A DNA stretch of 64,000 nt. Source: the human T2T-CHM13v2.0 reference genome, Homo sapiens. The number at the start of each line of letters is the position of its first letter. Within the stretch, counting starts at the first letter, position 1. The stretch lies in assembly GCF_009914755.1 (NCBI RefSeq), contig NC_060927.1; one strand, 5' to 3'. Made by a program: the position numbers and the translations under genes. Below are positions 28,099 to 43,499 of the stretch, in pieces. Below the pieces are notes generated by a model. It worked only from the letters and a program-made list of their open reading frames with translations. It had not been told where the DNA came from and ran no database searches.

Positions 28099-28354
28099 CC
28101 TTCCAAACTAGATTGTAAGCAACAATACGGCTTCGGCCTGCCTCTCTGTCTCTGTCTGTCCCTCAGGACATGTGCCTTGGAGTCTGAGCCGTGATGTAAG
28201 AAGCTCAATGACCGGGAAGCCACCACACTGAGGTAGAGATAGAGACCCCTAAGGAGCCCCAGCTGTTTGAGTCTTCTCAGCCCAGCTACAAGACACATGC
28301 GTGAAGAAACTTTCAAGACAGCTAAGCCCTAACTGCCATCTGCCTGTACCCTCA

Positions 28355-29297
<943 letters not shown>

Positions 29298-29374
29298 GAT
29301 GACTGTTGTTTTAAGTCATTAGTTCTTGCGGTGATGTGTTAAACTACAAGAGATTATTCCAATCATGCCAAGAG

Positions 29375-29628
29375 GATGTTGTATACCAGCCAAGCCTTCT
29401 TGCCTCCGGGCAGGATAACCTCTGCAATTCATGCTTCATGCTCCAGAGCTCCCCAGAGGATCATACTCAGGCCAGTTCCCTCCTGAAACCACCATCTGCC
29501 TGCTCGCTCTCCTGCCTGATCCTGCTTCCCTCACTCTGCTGCAGGTTACCCTGAAGCGCCACCTCCATAGACCACCTGCTCAAAAGTCCCCATCTTAGGC
29601 TCTGCCTCCAGGACACTAACTTAAGCCA
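29375..29628 (+). mobile_element. LTR16-family 3' part
   Basis: cctgcttccctcactc...catcttaggctctgcctccagg...cttaagcca. Confidence 0.6.
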
Positions 29629-30469
29629 GGCGATGCCACATGGCCAGGTGGTATGAGTTGTCATGAATGATTGCTGGGATGTTACAGTGATCTCACAGCA
29701 TTGCCCCCAGCGATGTGATGGTTCTTGGTCATTTAAATACTTAGGTGGGTATCAACTCTGTTGAAGTGTTGAGTAGCAATTGTACTAATAGATACACTGA
29801 AGCTAAAAATAGGCTTCTCCTGATGATTGCGCTCTTTTGGAGTTAAACTACCTAACTCTGGAAGTGGTATTAACCCAGAGCAAGTCAGGCAAAAGTTCTC
29901 CGGCTGCATTGCAGAACATTTTGCATTTTGCAGTGTGTCTCCACATACATTCTCTTTGTGAGTCCTGCAGTGGTTCAGGGAGGTGTGCAAGGAGTAGTCA
30001 CCTCATTTGACAGTTGACGAAAGGGGTTCAGAAAGCTTACAAGAATTGACCAAATAAACAATAGAGCTTGAACAAGAAGAGGCATGGTGTTTTGATGCCC
30101 CTTCTGGGCTCCCTGCATCTACTCTATCCTCCTCCAATCCACTCCCCATAAAGCAGCCACAGCAATACCTCAAAAACGCAAACCAGACTGTGTCCCTCTT
30201 CTTGTGACCTCATGATGGTGTCTTGTTGCACTTGGAATAAAACACAAATTGCTCCTCACAATTGAGGAGGCCCAGCCTCACGTTAGGCAGCTTTCCCCAG
30301 GGGCTGGCCCATGAGGCTCTAGCCACGCTGACCTTAAGAGGACAGCAAACAAACACACAGCAAAAGACACACATCAAACTCTTCAGGGTCTCCTGATGTC
30401 ACCTCTGCCCCAAAACACTCTTCTCTGGCTCTTCAAATTGCTGCCTTCCCCATAGCTTAAATACTGTCT

Positions 30470-31546
30470 CCTGGTTTTAAAATACACCCGTAAATCTTTG
30501 ACCCTGCTCTCTTCAAAAGGTGGAGCCTAATTGTCCTCCCCTTGCATGTGTTCTGAACTCAATGACCCACTTGTAATGAATAGAATACTGGAGAAGTGAC
30601 AATAGGCGACTTCCAAGACTAGGCTATGAAAGGCATTGCCGTCTTCTCCTCATTCTCTTTCTGGGCCATTCACTCCGGGAGCAGCCAGCTGTCACTGTCG
30701 TGTCATGAGGACAGTCAAGCAGCCCTAATGAGGGCCAACGTGGTGAGGGACTGGGCCTCTTGCCAACAGCCGAGGAGGAACTGAGGCCTTTAAGAGCCAC
30801 TGGAGTGAGTGTCATGATGTGATGGGTTTGCAGTGTGTCAGCTTAACTAGGCTGAACTACAGAATCCCCTTATTTGTATGTTTCCAGTTAGGGTTGGCCA
30901 TGAGGGAGAGTCTCAGTGACTTGGAGTAGGGGGTAGTGGTACTGGGGGCAACAGCAATTTTGTATTGCAAATACATTGTTACTCACCTGCTGACTCACCT
31001 TGTTGATGTGATGCAGGAGCTGGGCCAGGTGTGTGTGTTCAGATCTGGAACAAATGCCCAACCTCTGTAGGATGCCCTCACCACAAAGAACATGAGTTTC
31101 AGTCTATCCTTGTGGAGCTCTAGCTTGTGCTGGTGGGGTTTCCATTTGCTTGTGGCCTTTCCTTCCTGATTGCTTGCTCTGTGGATTTCAAGGTCTAGCA
31201 TCAGATGTAGGGAGAGCTTTATACCTGGAAAGAGACTTATAACCATCCCCCCAACTCTGTGATCTATATCGTTGCTACTGGTTCTGCTTGTCTGAGAGAA
31301 CCCTGTTTGATATAATGAATCACCTTGGAAACAGATCCACTAGCCCCAGTCGAGCCTTTGGATGACTGCAGCTCCAGCCAGGCAACATCTTGACTACAAT
31401 CTAGTGGGAAACCCCAAGCTGGGACTACGCAGATGAGCCTCTCAAAAATCCCTGACCCACAGAAACTGGGAGATAGTAAAGGTCTATTATTTTAAGCACT
31501 ACATTTTTGGGGTAGTTTGTTATCCAACAATAGATAAGCTAATGCA
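30470..31546 (+). mobile_element. MLT1F-like LTR interrupted by an MLT2E/F-like LTR (30818-31314)
   Basis: MLT1 body resumes at ~31315 and ends caatagataagctaatgca; inner starts tgtgatggg...ggctgaactacagaatcccc. Confidence 0.65.
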
Positions 31547-32669
31547 CCCACTCCTAGACGCCCTGTGGGACCATGCTCCTATGTCCCTTGCTTTATTTTC
31601 TATTATAGCACACTGCTGATTCTTTTCAGAACACTTATCACAACCTACAATCAGTTAGTAGATTTATATGCTTATTTGTTTCATATCTGGCCTTCCCACA
31701 AAAATGTCAACCCCCTGAGGGTAAACGTCTTCTCTGTCTTGTCCTCCTATAGGTCCAGCACCTGACTAGTCTAACTCCACTTCTCAGTAGCCATGAGGCC
31801 TTGGGAAACTTGCTTTCTGTGACTCAGTTTCTTCAGCCTTTGGGATGATGACAACAGTCCCTACCTCATCGGATTGTTGTGAGTGTAACATAAATTAACA
31901 CTTATAAAGTGCTTCAAATATTACTTGCCCATGGTAAATATCCAGGACATATAAGTTGCTAGTATTTTTAATATTACAGTAGAAACTCAATAAACACCTA
32001 CCGAGAGACTAAATGAAGGAATTAATTGATCTCTTTGTCCTATAATCTTAAGTATCCAAGACACAACTGAGAAAATCCCAGAGGCACCTAGACAGCTAAA
32101 ACGGATGTCCCACAGGCTAGCAGCAAAGCCCATCTAATTAACTTATAGGCAAGCTCTTGGGCCATTACTCAGAACTTAATTACTTAATAGTCTTAGCAGA
32201 TATTTATTAGTCACCTAACACATGGAAAGCATTGTGCTGGGTGCTGGGGGAAGGGGACAGAGAGACACGAAGGTGAATTGAGCTCATTACCTTTCCTCAA
32301 AAGAGCATGCTCTCTAGAGGGAAGATACAAGAGCCACCAATCACACAATTACAAAAGTGTGAGCAAGGTGGGTGGAGGTGGGATAGAGCGATGTTGACTA
32401 TCAAGGTGGCCGGGCTCAATTAGTCACAATTATAACGTGCATAACAAGCTTAATTGTCTGGTTTCCTAGTCCATAATGGATTAGAAACAGCATATTAGAA
32501 GAGAAAAAAGAAGGAGTTATTGCTAGCAGCAGGTATGATGACAATGGCAAAAAGTGACAACCAACACGAATAAAGAATCAAAATTGTTAACTACATGGAA
32601 AGCAGAAATTAGATAACTGAAGCACAGTAGTTTAAAGTCATTTAGCGTGGAAGCACCTGCTACATAAAA

Positions 32670-32905
32670 CTCAAGAGGCAGTACAGCATTGTAGTTAAGA
32701 TATGGCTCTGAAGCCAGACTGCCTGGGTTTAAATACCAGCACCATCACTTACTGTCACTTCAATGAGCAACTTAACCTCTCTGTTCCTCAGTTTTCTCAT
32801 CTATACAGTGAGGAAGGATGATAGTAGCATCTACTTCATAAAGTTGTAAGAATTAAATGAGTTAACACTGTTAAGTACTTAAGAGTTCCTGGCACATAGC
32901 AATTC
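32670..32905 (+). mobile_element. MIR
   Basis: gccagactgcctgggttt...cttaacctctctgttcctcagttttctcatct...cctggcacatag. Confidence 0.8.
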
Positions 32906-33409
32906 TGAGAGCCTGTATTTGTCAGGACTGGCTGGGTTTGCTGCAGTAACAAACAGTCCCCGACATCTCAGTGACTTAACATAATGAAGGTTTATTTTTC
33001 ACCTATACACATGTTCATCATTGAGAGGCAGGAGGTTCTACTCTGAATTATCACTGTCTTCCCTCTAGGACCCATACTCATGGAGCAGCCATTGTTACAA
33101 CGTCTCCAGCTGTGGCCAGGAAAAAAGAGCACCTTTGTGGATTGTTCATTGACAATTCATTGTTCATTGCAGAAGGGGCGTGCTCTCTGGCTCACAGCTC
33201 ATTGCCCATTGCTGGACACATTGCTCCTACCCTTCCGTGTGTCCAGAATGGGGATGATCAGAATGTTTGCCTAGCAGCACAAATCACGACCAGAGGGCCT
33301 CTGTGTACCAAGATATCACACAGTCATGGTTACGCCACAGAGTTTAAAAACTGTAGTGGCCCAAAGAGCTAAGGCTACTCCTTTGGGAAAGTGAAATGAA
33401 GCTCCCTGG

Positions 33410-33657
33410 GATTCTGTGTTTCTTAGTATGAACACTATTGGCATTGGTGGGTTGAGTGAGGGAGGGATGTGAGGTGAGAACAATTCATTTGTGGGGCTGT
33501 TGCATACAGTGGAGGACATTAAGTGCCCCTGGCTCCTATGTACTAAATGTCAGTAGTGGCCCTCCTCCAAGTCACTGTGACAATCAACAATGCCCTCATC
33601 TATTTCCTAATACTCCCTTGAGATAGAACTTCCCTCATCCTTGCCTAAGAACCACTC
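33410..33657 (-). mobile_element. Charlie4z/MER20-like hAT fragment
   Basis: actaaatgtcagtagtggccc...gtcactgtgacaatc...aagaaccact. Confidence 0.5.
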
Positions 33658-33788
33658 ACAAATGTTTAATTTTGCAGTGTTGGTCTGAGCCAGAGCTGGT
33701 GCCCAAACACCGCTTCCTGCCTCACAGATGACTGATTAGGACTCTGAATTGTGACTATTATGGTTTGTTAATCAAGAATCAGAGGCTG

Positions 33789-34138
<350 letters not shown>

Positions 34139-34282
34139 TTAGGTTTGACTCCCAGCTCTAGCACCTGCTACCAGCTGTGTGACCTAGGGACATAACAACC
34201 TTTCTGAGCTCCTGTTCCTATACCTGGAATATGGAAGTTGATGGAATCTAACTCATAGAGTTCTTAAAAAGGGGAAAATGAG

Positions 34283-34540
34283 GGCTGGGTGTGGTGGCTC
34301 TTGCCTGTAATCTAGCACTTTGGGAGGCTGTGGCGGAAGGATCGCTTGAGCCCAGGTGTTTGAGACCAGCCTGGGCAACATGGCAAAACCCTGTGTCTGC
34401 AAAATATACAAAAATTAGCTGGCATGGTGGCACACACAGGTACTTGGGAGGCTGAGTTGGGAGGAACACTTGAGCCTGAGAGGTCAAGGCTGCAATGAGC
34501 TGTGATTGTGCCACTGCACTCCAGCCAGGGTGACAGTGCA
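34283..34540 (+). mobile_element. AluJ, 3' end lost
   Basis: gatcgcttgagcccagg...; no poly(A). Confidence 0.85.
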
Positions 34541-36243
34541 GTCCCCAAGAGTACTGTTGGACCAGCGAGTGTGTGATGATTTTCCTGCTTCTTAGAAGCC
34601 TTGGTCACTTTTTGTTCTTGGATTCCATGAGACACCCCTCTGTCTGCTCCATAAACCCCATTTTACCTATGCTAGTCTGAGTAGGTTTTTTGTCACTCAT
34701 AACCAAATTATTTCTGACTTGGGCACATACCTCCTAGCAACATTTCTTTCAAATATAATTAAAAATTTTAAATGTGTTGCTTACAAGGATAAGCTCCATT
34801 TAGCCGAAAAATTTACTTTTGTGGAACCTTTCCTTTTACACTCAGTCAATCAATGAACTATTGATGTGTGGCTATGCAGAAATCAGCTACCATGGACAGA
34901 GGAGAGTGATGTGTATTCTGATAAGGAACATTCTGGAGATAGCCTCAGGAGGGTTTCAAGAGGGGGCAGGGCTGAGGGTCAGCTGTGGGATTAATCTGTC
35001 CTTGTCCCATACCCAAATAAGCACGTGAAACAAACCCCAGGTAGGGTAAGCATCTCCCTATGATGTGACAGGATGACCGACCTGCTTAACAACTTTTTGT
35101 TCCGTTAATGGATAGCAGTTCTTTCAAGCTCCAGAGAAAAACTGACATGATTCATAAAACAGAAAAATAAGATGATATTAAACCTAATACAAGCATTCAA
35201 ACCAAATTTACAAGACATTTTTAAAGTCAAAGATTTCGTTAAAGCATTATGATAATCTAGTATAAGGATGAGGTCTCCTTCAAAGGTTTATTTTATGCCT
35301 GTGAATGATCAGCAATTATCCAAACATCTCTCTTCTATCCCTGGGGCATCTCAGCTCACTCAATTTGGATTTCACAGGAAGGAGACGGAGTCACTGCATG
35401 CTCTGTGGCTAATCCTTACAGCACTTTCTATATGTGTGTGCTGCTCGGGAGGCAAAGGTGACGAAAATTGAAACTTGAAAGAGCTCATTGTGATTCTTTG
35501 TGCCAAGAAGTTGCATTCAATTCAGTGAGCACCATTTCAGGTAAAAGAAAACACTTAAAAGAGATTGGTAATAATGATAACAAGAACAACACATAAAATA
35601 GAGTGTGTGTTTATTCAGAGTCAGGCACCGAAGCTAGCATATTCTGTGACTTGTTTCAAAATGTTTGTGCTTGTAAAATTCCGATGTATGCTCATTTGCA
35701 TTGTACAGATGAATGAACCCAGGGCACAGAGATTGCCGTCCTTGCCCTGGATCCTGTGGCTGGTAGGGGACTGGACCAGGGTGTCCTGTATGCTGTTATG
35801 TTGTTCTGTGTCTATTAAGTGTAATGGGTTAGACAACAGGCTGTGAAGCTGGTCTACCAGGGTTGAGATTCAGGCTCCAGCAGTTACTCACTGAGTGATC
35901 TTGCGTTAGATAACTTCAACTCTTGGTGCCTGGGTTTCCTTTTCTGAAAATGGTACTAAATCAGCTAATAGGATAAAGAGCCTAGAAAAGTGTCTGGTTG
36001 CAAAGTAAATGCTTGGAAAAAAAAAGGCTTTAATTATTACTCAGAGTCCAGTATTTCCTATGGAAATAAGTCTCAAACTAGTGTATCAGGCACCTCTCCT
36101 GCATATTGGACTCACCACTGTGTGGTCTGATCACTGTTAAAGATAAACTATTCCGACACTCATGAAAGGCGAGAAGGAACACCTTATTCAGGTGACTGCT
36201 ACGATGGGGTTTTGCAGTAGGGGAGAGAGATTGGGTTCAACCC

Positions 36244-36698
36244 TGTCTACCTAAAGAAAGAAACGGAGGTAAAATTAATACAGTTGAGTTTATCTGGGAC
36301 AAGTTTGAGGACTACAGTCTGGAAAATGCTGGGAAATGCTCTGGAGAATAAAGGAGAGGCTAGTGTTTTTAAAGAAAAAAGGGCGAATTCAAAGAGGGAG
36401 AGATTACAAAGGTTGTTCCTCAGGAATTCTCACTGGTTTGCAGAAATAACATTGATGAGTAATTGACACTATATTGTTGAACTGTAGGGTGTGGGTCATG
36501 GTGTTCAGTGTGAGGCATTGTTAGGTTAATTTATAGCTTCTTGGTGAGGACACTCAGTCTAGAGTCCAGGTAGCAGGCAGATTACTTAGCTTAAGGAGGG
36601 CAGGTGATCTGAGCCTTCTGTCACATTTCAATGCCTCTCTGGGCCGGGTTTTTTAATGGACTGGCATTCCTCAGATAAAAAGTTCCTTTTCTTTCTCA
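36244..36698 (-). mobile_element. MER4-group ERV1 solo LTR (MER72/LTR49-like)
   Basis: Minus strand begins tgagaaagaaaaggaactttttatctgaggaatgc. Confidence 0.6.
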
Positions 36699-36954
36699 GC
36701 TCTGAAAATGCAACAAGGAAGGGTGGGGATTTATAGCCAGCGAGAAGTTGGTGGGTGGAAAATCTCTGAGGGTAAGGTAATTCTTCATTAAACTGACATA
36801 ATGGGATTCTTGCTGAAGGCAGGCCAGAGTGATCAGACATCATCTGATATGGTGCCAGATGAGGAGGGTGATTGGATATGGAGAGTGAGGAATTCTGGCC
36901 AAATTGACTTTGTAGGTGTATTAGTCAGTGTTCTCTAGAGGGACAGAACTAATG

Positions 36955-36957
<3 letters not shown>

Positions 36958-37003
<46 letters not shown>

Positions 37004-37029
37004 CCCTTTGTATATATAAAATATATGTA

Positions 37030-37067
<38 letters not shown>
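36958..37067. repeat. Compound (TA)n-(TG)n-(TA)n microsatellite
   Basis: Direct reading. Confidence 0.9.
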
Positions 37068-37068
<1 letters not shown>

Positions 37069-37240
37069 AGGGAAGTTTATTCAGTATTAACTCACACAAT
37101 CACAAGGTCCCAAAACAGGTCATCTGCAGGCTGAGGAGCAAGGAGAGCCAGTCCAAGTTCCAAAACTGAAGAACTTGGAGTCTGATGTTCAAGGGCAGGA
37201 AGCATCCAGCACAGGAGAAAGATGTAGGCTGGAAGGCTAG

Positions 37241-37548
<308 letters not shown>

Positions 37549-37766
37549 GGCCAGTCTCTCCTTTCATATTTTCCTGCCTGCTTTTTATTCTAGTTGAGCT
37601 GGCAGCTGATTAGATTGTGCCCACCCAGATTTAGGGTAGGTCTGCCTTTCCCAGCCCATTGACTCAAATGTTAATCTCCTTTGGCAACACCCTTACAGAC
37701 ACATTCAGGATTAATACTTTGTATCCTTCAATCCAATCAAGTTGACACTCAGTATTAACCATCCCA

Positions 37767-40352
37767 AGTCCACCACTTGTCAACTTGAACCCACACACCT
37801 ATCCTGAGATCATACATAATCTTCAAATAAAGACAATAATAAGGTCATAATTACGCCTAACATAATACAAGCGGAAACTCACCAATCCCCAACCCAAATA
37901 GTTAAATGCTGATGTGAAGTCAATAAATCTTGTCACATGATAAAGGAGAAAAGAAATAAAATGAAGATATTTTCTTAGTACAAGTGTACACATGCACAAA
38001 CATGTTTTTAACAAAAGAAGGAGGAAATACGCATGACAATTACAGTCCTTGTTTCTGCAGCTGGTCACGTGGTCGTAGCTGGTATTGATGACTACCTTCT
38101 TTTACTACCCATTCTGTATTCCCTTTTCCTTCAGCAAGCACCCCAGAAGATCGTGGTTTTTTTCCTGACGGAGTGACCCAAACCTTCATTCCTGAAAGGT
38201 CTGGGTTATTTGTAGTCCTGCCTGGATTGGGCTGTTGTAGCTTCCCATTGACCTTAGTCACAGGGCATGGTGATACTAAGAGATGCCCTAATGGATCTCC
38301 TGTATTCCATGCATACTCTTCCTTACCTCCGTTGTGGAGTAGTAGACTGATTTCATCTTGATAGTCTGGGTCGATCACCCCAGCCAACATTGTAACTCCC
38401 TTCTTAGCCTGTTGACTTAAAGGTAGGAGGAGCCCAAAGTGTCCAGGTGGCACTCTTAACTTCCAGTTTAATGGGATTGTTGTTGTGTCGCCTTGTGGTA
38501 GCATTCCTCCCTTTGGAACTAAGACCTCTAGGCCAATAGAACATAATGTCGTGGAAACAGGAAGCAAAAATTTTTCTAGTGGATCACTAGGGGTGATGGT
38601 GAGTGGTGCCACTTCCACTTCCACCCCTTGATTCCTGGACCAGTGAATCCTGGCTATGGGAGAAACAGTGCCATATATTGGACGTTGATTCAGAGCATAC
38701 ATGGCCTTCTGGAGAACTTTGCTTCAGCCCTGCAACGTATTGTCACCTAGTTGGTGTTGTAATTGTAACTCCAAAAAGCCATTCCACCAGTCTGTCAATC
38801 CAGCTACTTCAGGATGATGGGGAACATGGTAAGACCAATGAATTCCATGAGCATGATCCCACTGCTGCACTTCTTCCCTGTAAAGTGAGTGCCTTGGTCA
38901 GAGGCAATGCTGTGTGGAATTACCATGATGGTGGATAAGGCATTCCACGAGTCCACAGATGGTAGTCTTGGCAGAAGCATTGCATGCAGGATAGGCAAAC
39001 CCATAACAGAGTAAGTGTCTATTCCAGTGAGGACAAACCTCTGCACTTTACGTGATTTGAAGAGGTCCAATATAATCAATCTGCCACCAGGTAGCTGGCT
39101 GATCACCCCGAGGAATGGTGCCATATCGAGGGCTCAGTGTTGGTCTCTACTGCTGGCAAATTGGGCACTCAGCAGTGGCTGTAGCCAGGTCAGCCTTGAT
39201 GAGTGGAAGTCCATGTTGCTGAGCCCATCCCTACCACCATGGCCACTTTGTTCATGGGCCCATTGGGTGATAACAGGGGTGGCTGGGAAAAGAGGCTGAG
39301 TGGTGTCCACAGAACGGGTCATACTATCCACTTGATTATTAAAATCCTTCTCTGCTGAGGTCATCTGTTGGTGAGCACTCACACGAGATACAAATGTCTT
39401 CACAGTTTTTGACCACTCAGAGAGGTCCATACCTCTTCCCCAGATTTCTTTGTCACAAATTTTCCAATCATGCTTCTTCCAAGTCCCTGACCATCCAGCC
39501 AAACCATTGGCTATACAGCCCATGAAATCAGTATATAATCACACATCAGACCATTTCTCCTTCCATGCAAAGTGCACAACCAGGTGCACTGCTCGAAGTT
39601 CTGCCCACTCGGAAGATTTCCCTTCACTGCCGTCCTTCAGGGATGTCCTAGAAAGGGGCTGTAGTGCTACAGCTGTCCACTTTCGGGTGGTGCCTGCATA
39701 TTATGCAGAACCATCTGTGAACCAGGCCCTAGTCTTCTCTTCCTCTGTCAGCTGATCAGAGGGAACTCCCCATGAGGCCATCAGGGCAGGCTGGGGGTGA
39801 GAAGGCAGGGTGGCAGGAGTGGAGACCATGGGCATTTGAGCCACTTCCTAATGTAACTTACTTGTGCCTTCAGGACCTGCTCAAGCCTGATCACGTATAT
39901 GCCACTTTCATCTGATGATGGAATGCTGCTGTGCGTGACTCACTTTATGGCTAGATGTGTCAGAAAGCACCCAGTTCGTGATAGGCAGTTCAGGTTGCAT
40001 GGTGACTTGATGACTCATAGTCAAATGTTCAGTTTCTACCAAAGCCCAGTAATAGGCCAAGAGCTGTCTCTCAAAAGGAGAGTAGTTATCTGCAGAAGAT
40101 GACAGGGCTTAGATCCAAAATCCTAGAAGCCTCCATTGTAATTCACCTATGGAGGCCTGCCAAAGGCTACAAACGGCATCCCTACCTGCCACTGACACCT
40201 CAAGCACCATTGGATCTGCTGGGTCATATGGCCCAAATGGCAGAGCAGCTTGCACAGCTGCCTGGACCTATTGCAGAACCTTCTCCTGTTCTGGACCTCA
40301 CTCAAAACTGGTAGCCTTTTGGGTCACTCAATAAATGGGCCAGAGAAACACA
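37767..40352 (-). mobile_element. HERV-L internal region (RT end, RNase H, integrase, dUTPase), 5'-truncated
   Basis: Frameshifted peptides GLAGWSGTWKKHDWKI, QWAHEQSGHGGRDG, FVLTGIDTYS, IASDQGTHFT, GVIDPDYQDEI. Confidence 0.92.
38040..38702 (-). pseudogene. HERV-L integrase C-terminus plus dUTPase-like domain (220-codon open segment)
   Basis: ALNQRPIYG...PPGHFGLLLP...AGVIDPDYQDEISLLLHN (dUTPase motif III-like). Confidence 0.8.
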
Positions 40353-40380
40353 GTAGGATTCTCGATAAAATTGGGCTCTT

Positions 40381-40726
<346 letters not shown>

Positions 40727-40789
40727 TCAAAGGAGCCTGGCTAGAGTTTGGTCAAGGAGAGAGTTTTTGACACCACCTGCTTGAGCACG

Positions 40790-41264
40790 ACCCAACAGCT
40801 CTTGCCCCATGCCTGACTTTGCCTCCTATGCTGAGGACTCTCTTCTTCTCTCCTGCCCTAAGGCATCTCTGTTGCTGCTGAGACACCAGGTGGCCTAGAC
40901 CCCAACATGTGTGACCTGGAAGTGAGCAGGGTGGTTAACACTTTGATCAGTGAGGGACAGAAGCTGGTCAAATGATAAATTGGGAGAACTTATTGGAAAG
41001 GATAAACTCTGATACTGTCCTCCCAATGAGCGCACACTGTCCTAAGATGTGTGTACAACCTGTCGGAGGACAGTGACAAATTGGAGCAATCGATCGCTTT
41101 CCATGCCAACTTGGCATGCACCTTCTTATATTTGCTGTCATTCATTCCTGACCTCATTCCTGTTTCCCCTCACTCTATCATCCCCGGGACTGCACTTCCC
41201 AATAAAATATTAGTGTATAATCATTTGCCTCCAGCTCTGTTTTCTAGAGAATCTAGGCTGAGAC
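40790..41264 (+). mobile_element. LTR40-like ERVL LTR
   Basis: ...cccaataaaatattagtg...ctctgttttctagagaatctaggctgagaca. Confidence 0.55.
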
Positions 41265-41790
41265 AACTAGCACTGTGATGCCCAGAGGAGACTGGGATTC
41301 AAAGAATATTATGTTTGAAGACCTTTATGCTCAGTAGAATCCTTACGTGATGCAAGATTAAGTTAGGATTAATATCCGGATCATGCTTGAGGCTAGCTCT
41401 GTTTTAAGAAGGCTTTCACAGGGAGCCCCTCTCTTGCTCTTGACATTTAGAAGTATGGGAAGGTACAGTCCTTTTCCTGAGCTGTCTGACTTTTAGCTGC
41501 CAGACACACCTGTAGCAGCCGCCAGATGATGCAGGCTCTTCCTCCTTAGTAACCATCTGTCTACAATGATGGGCAGCCTCAAGGGAGGGTCTCCTCTACC
41601 ATCTCCCTCTCGTTTCTTCTCCTTGGTCTCTCAACCCCTCTGAATAGCTGAATACCTCCCCTCTTTATATCTTAGCTTTCTGTGGACCAAAACCCAGAAA
41701 GGCAAGGGGCTGTGCACCCAGGCGCATAGTTACAATCTGACACCCAATAGATACTTTACGTTCCAGGATGTATCAAAAGCAGGTGGCAGT

Positions 41791-42080
41791 GGGCGCGGTG
41801 GCTCACGCCTGTAATCTCAGCACTTTGGGAGGCCGAGGTGGGTGGATCACTTGTCAGGAGTTCAAGACCAGCCTGGCCAACATGGTGAAACCCCATCTCT
41901 ACTAAAAATACAAAAATTAGCTGGGCCTGGTGGTGGGTGCCTATAATCCCAGCTACTTGGGAGGCTGAGACAAGAACTGCTTGAACCCGGGATGCAGAGG
42001 TTACGGTGAGCCGAGATGGTGCTACTGCACTCCAGCCTAAGCAACAGAGCAAGGTTCTGTCTCAAAAAAAAAAAAAAAAA
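41791..42080 (+). mobile_element. AluS
   Basis: Full Alu with A17 tail. Confidence 0.92.
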
Positions 42081-42190
42081 TACATGTGGCAAATAAGCAC
42101 ATGAGAACAGTTTTGACATCATTAGTTATTAGGGAGACTCAAGTTAAAACCACAATGAGCTACCAAAAAAAAAAAAAAAAAAAGAAAGAA
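42081..42190 (+). mobile_element. 84-bp L1M ORF2-region fragment with its own poly(A)
   Basis: ggcaaataagcacatgag...acatcattagttattaggga...aaaaccacaatgagctacc then A19. Confidence 0.75.
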
Positions 42191-42589
42191 CAAAAGCATG
42201 TGCAAATCTGTCAAAATCATGATATGAAAATGTGTACACAACATAACGCAGTGTGCCAGCATTCACTGAGATTTCAAAGTCAATTCAAGCAATAGCTATC
42301 AGCGCTGGTCCTGTGCTAATCTTAAAATGGCACAAGGCAGTTACGGTCACAGGTGCTTCCCACACACCAGGCATGTACCGAACGTTTCATGTAAGTGTTT
42401 CATTTTGAATCAAAACCTTGTGAGGTAGACTATTATTATCCCTAATTTACAAAGGAGGCAAATGAGCTTCAGAGAGAAAAAGAACTTGCCAGAATCTCAC
42501 AACTGGCTGAACCAAAATTCGGATCCAGGACTTTCTAACTGCAAACCCCACAATCATAAGCCTTGTGCTTCCCCCATATCCTGTTGGCC

Positions 42590-42948
42590 CTGACTTCCTT
42601 ACACGCCTACGAAGTCCTCTGTGATCTCTGCCTGAGGGTTTTCTCCTCTGCACACATGTTGGGCTGCAAGTGCTCAGGAGTTGATACTCCCAAGAGCAGC
42701 CCCAGCTGATGATGAATGAGCATTGGAGGGTAAGCATCAGCTTCCTTGCCCCTTGCGGGCCTTAACCCTGGTAGGTTCTGCACAGTCTTCTGAAGGTTCC
42801 CAGTTGTCTGCAGTGAAAACCCACTCAGCAACACACAAAATTGGCTTCCTTCTCTTCCCTGTCTCATTTCCCAACTCCCCTAGTGGGATCACTTTCCAAA
42901 TCAACAGTGTGTACTGAAACTCCTGTCTCAGAGTCTGCTGCTCGGGGG
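42590..42948 (+). mobile_element. LTR16A-like ERVL LTR
   Basis: cttccttctcttccctgtctcatttccc...tcctgtctcagagtctgc. Confidence 0.6.
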
Positions 42949-43020
42949 CGGGTGGGGTGGAAGATAGACTCGGTGGGAGGTAGGGTTCCTTATTCTGGAA
43001 GAACTTACATATTCTTATGG

Positions 43021-43025
<5 letters not shown>

Positions 43026-43066
<41 letters not shown>
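43026..43066. repeat. (CA)n microsatellite
   Basis: ~20 AC units. Confidence 0.95.
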
Positions 43067-43068
<2 letters not shown>

Positions 43069-43167
43069 TGCACAGAGAAGTAGAGAAATAACAAAGACTG
43101 TCTCCTGAAGGTAGAACTGCGTGGTATCATGTATCAAAGATAGAATGGGCCTGATGGTACAAAGTGA

Positions 43168-43499
<332 letters not shown>

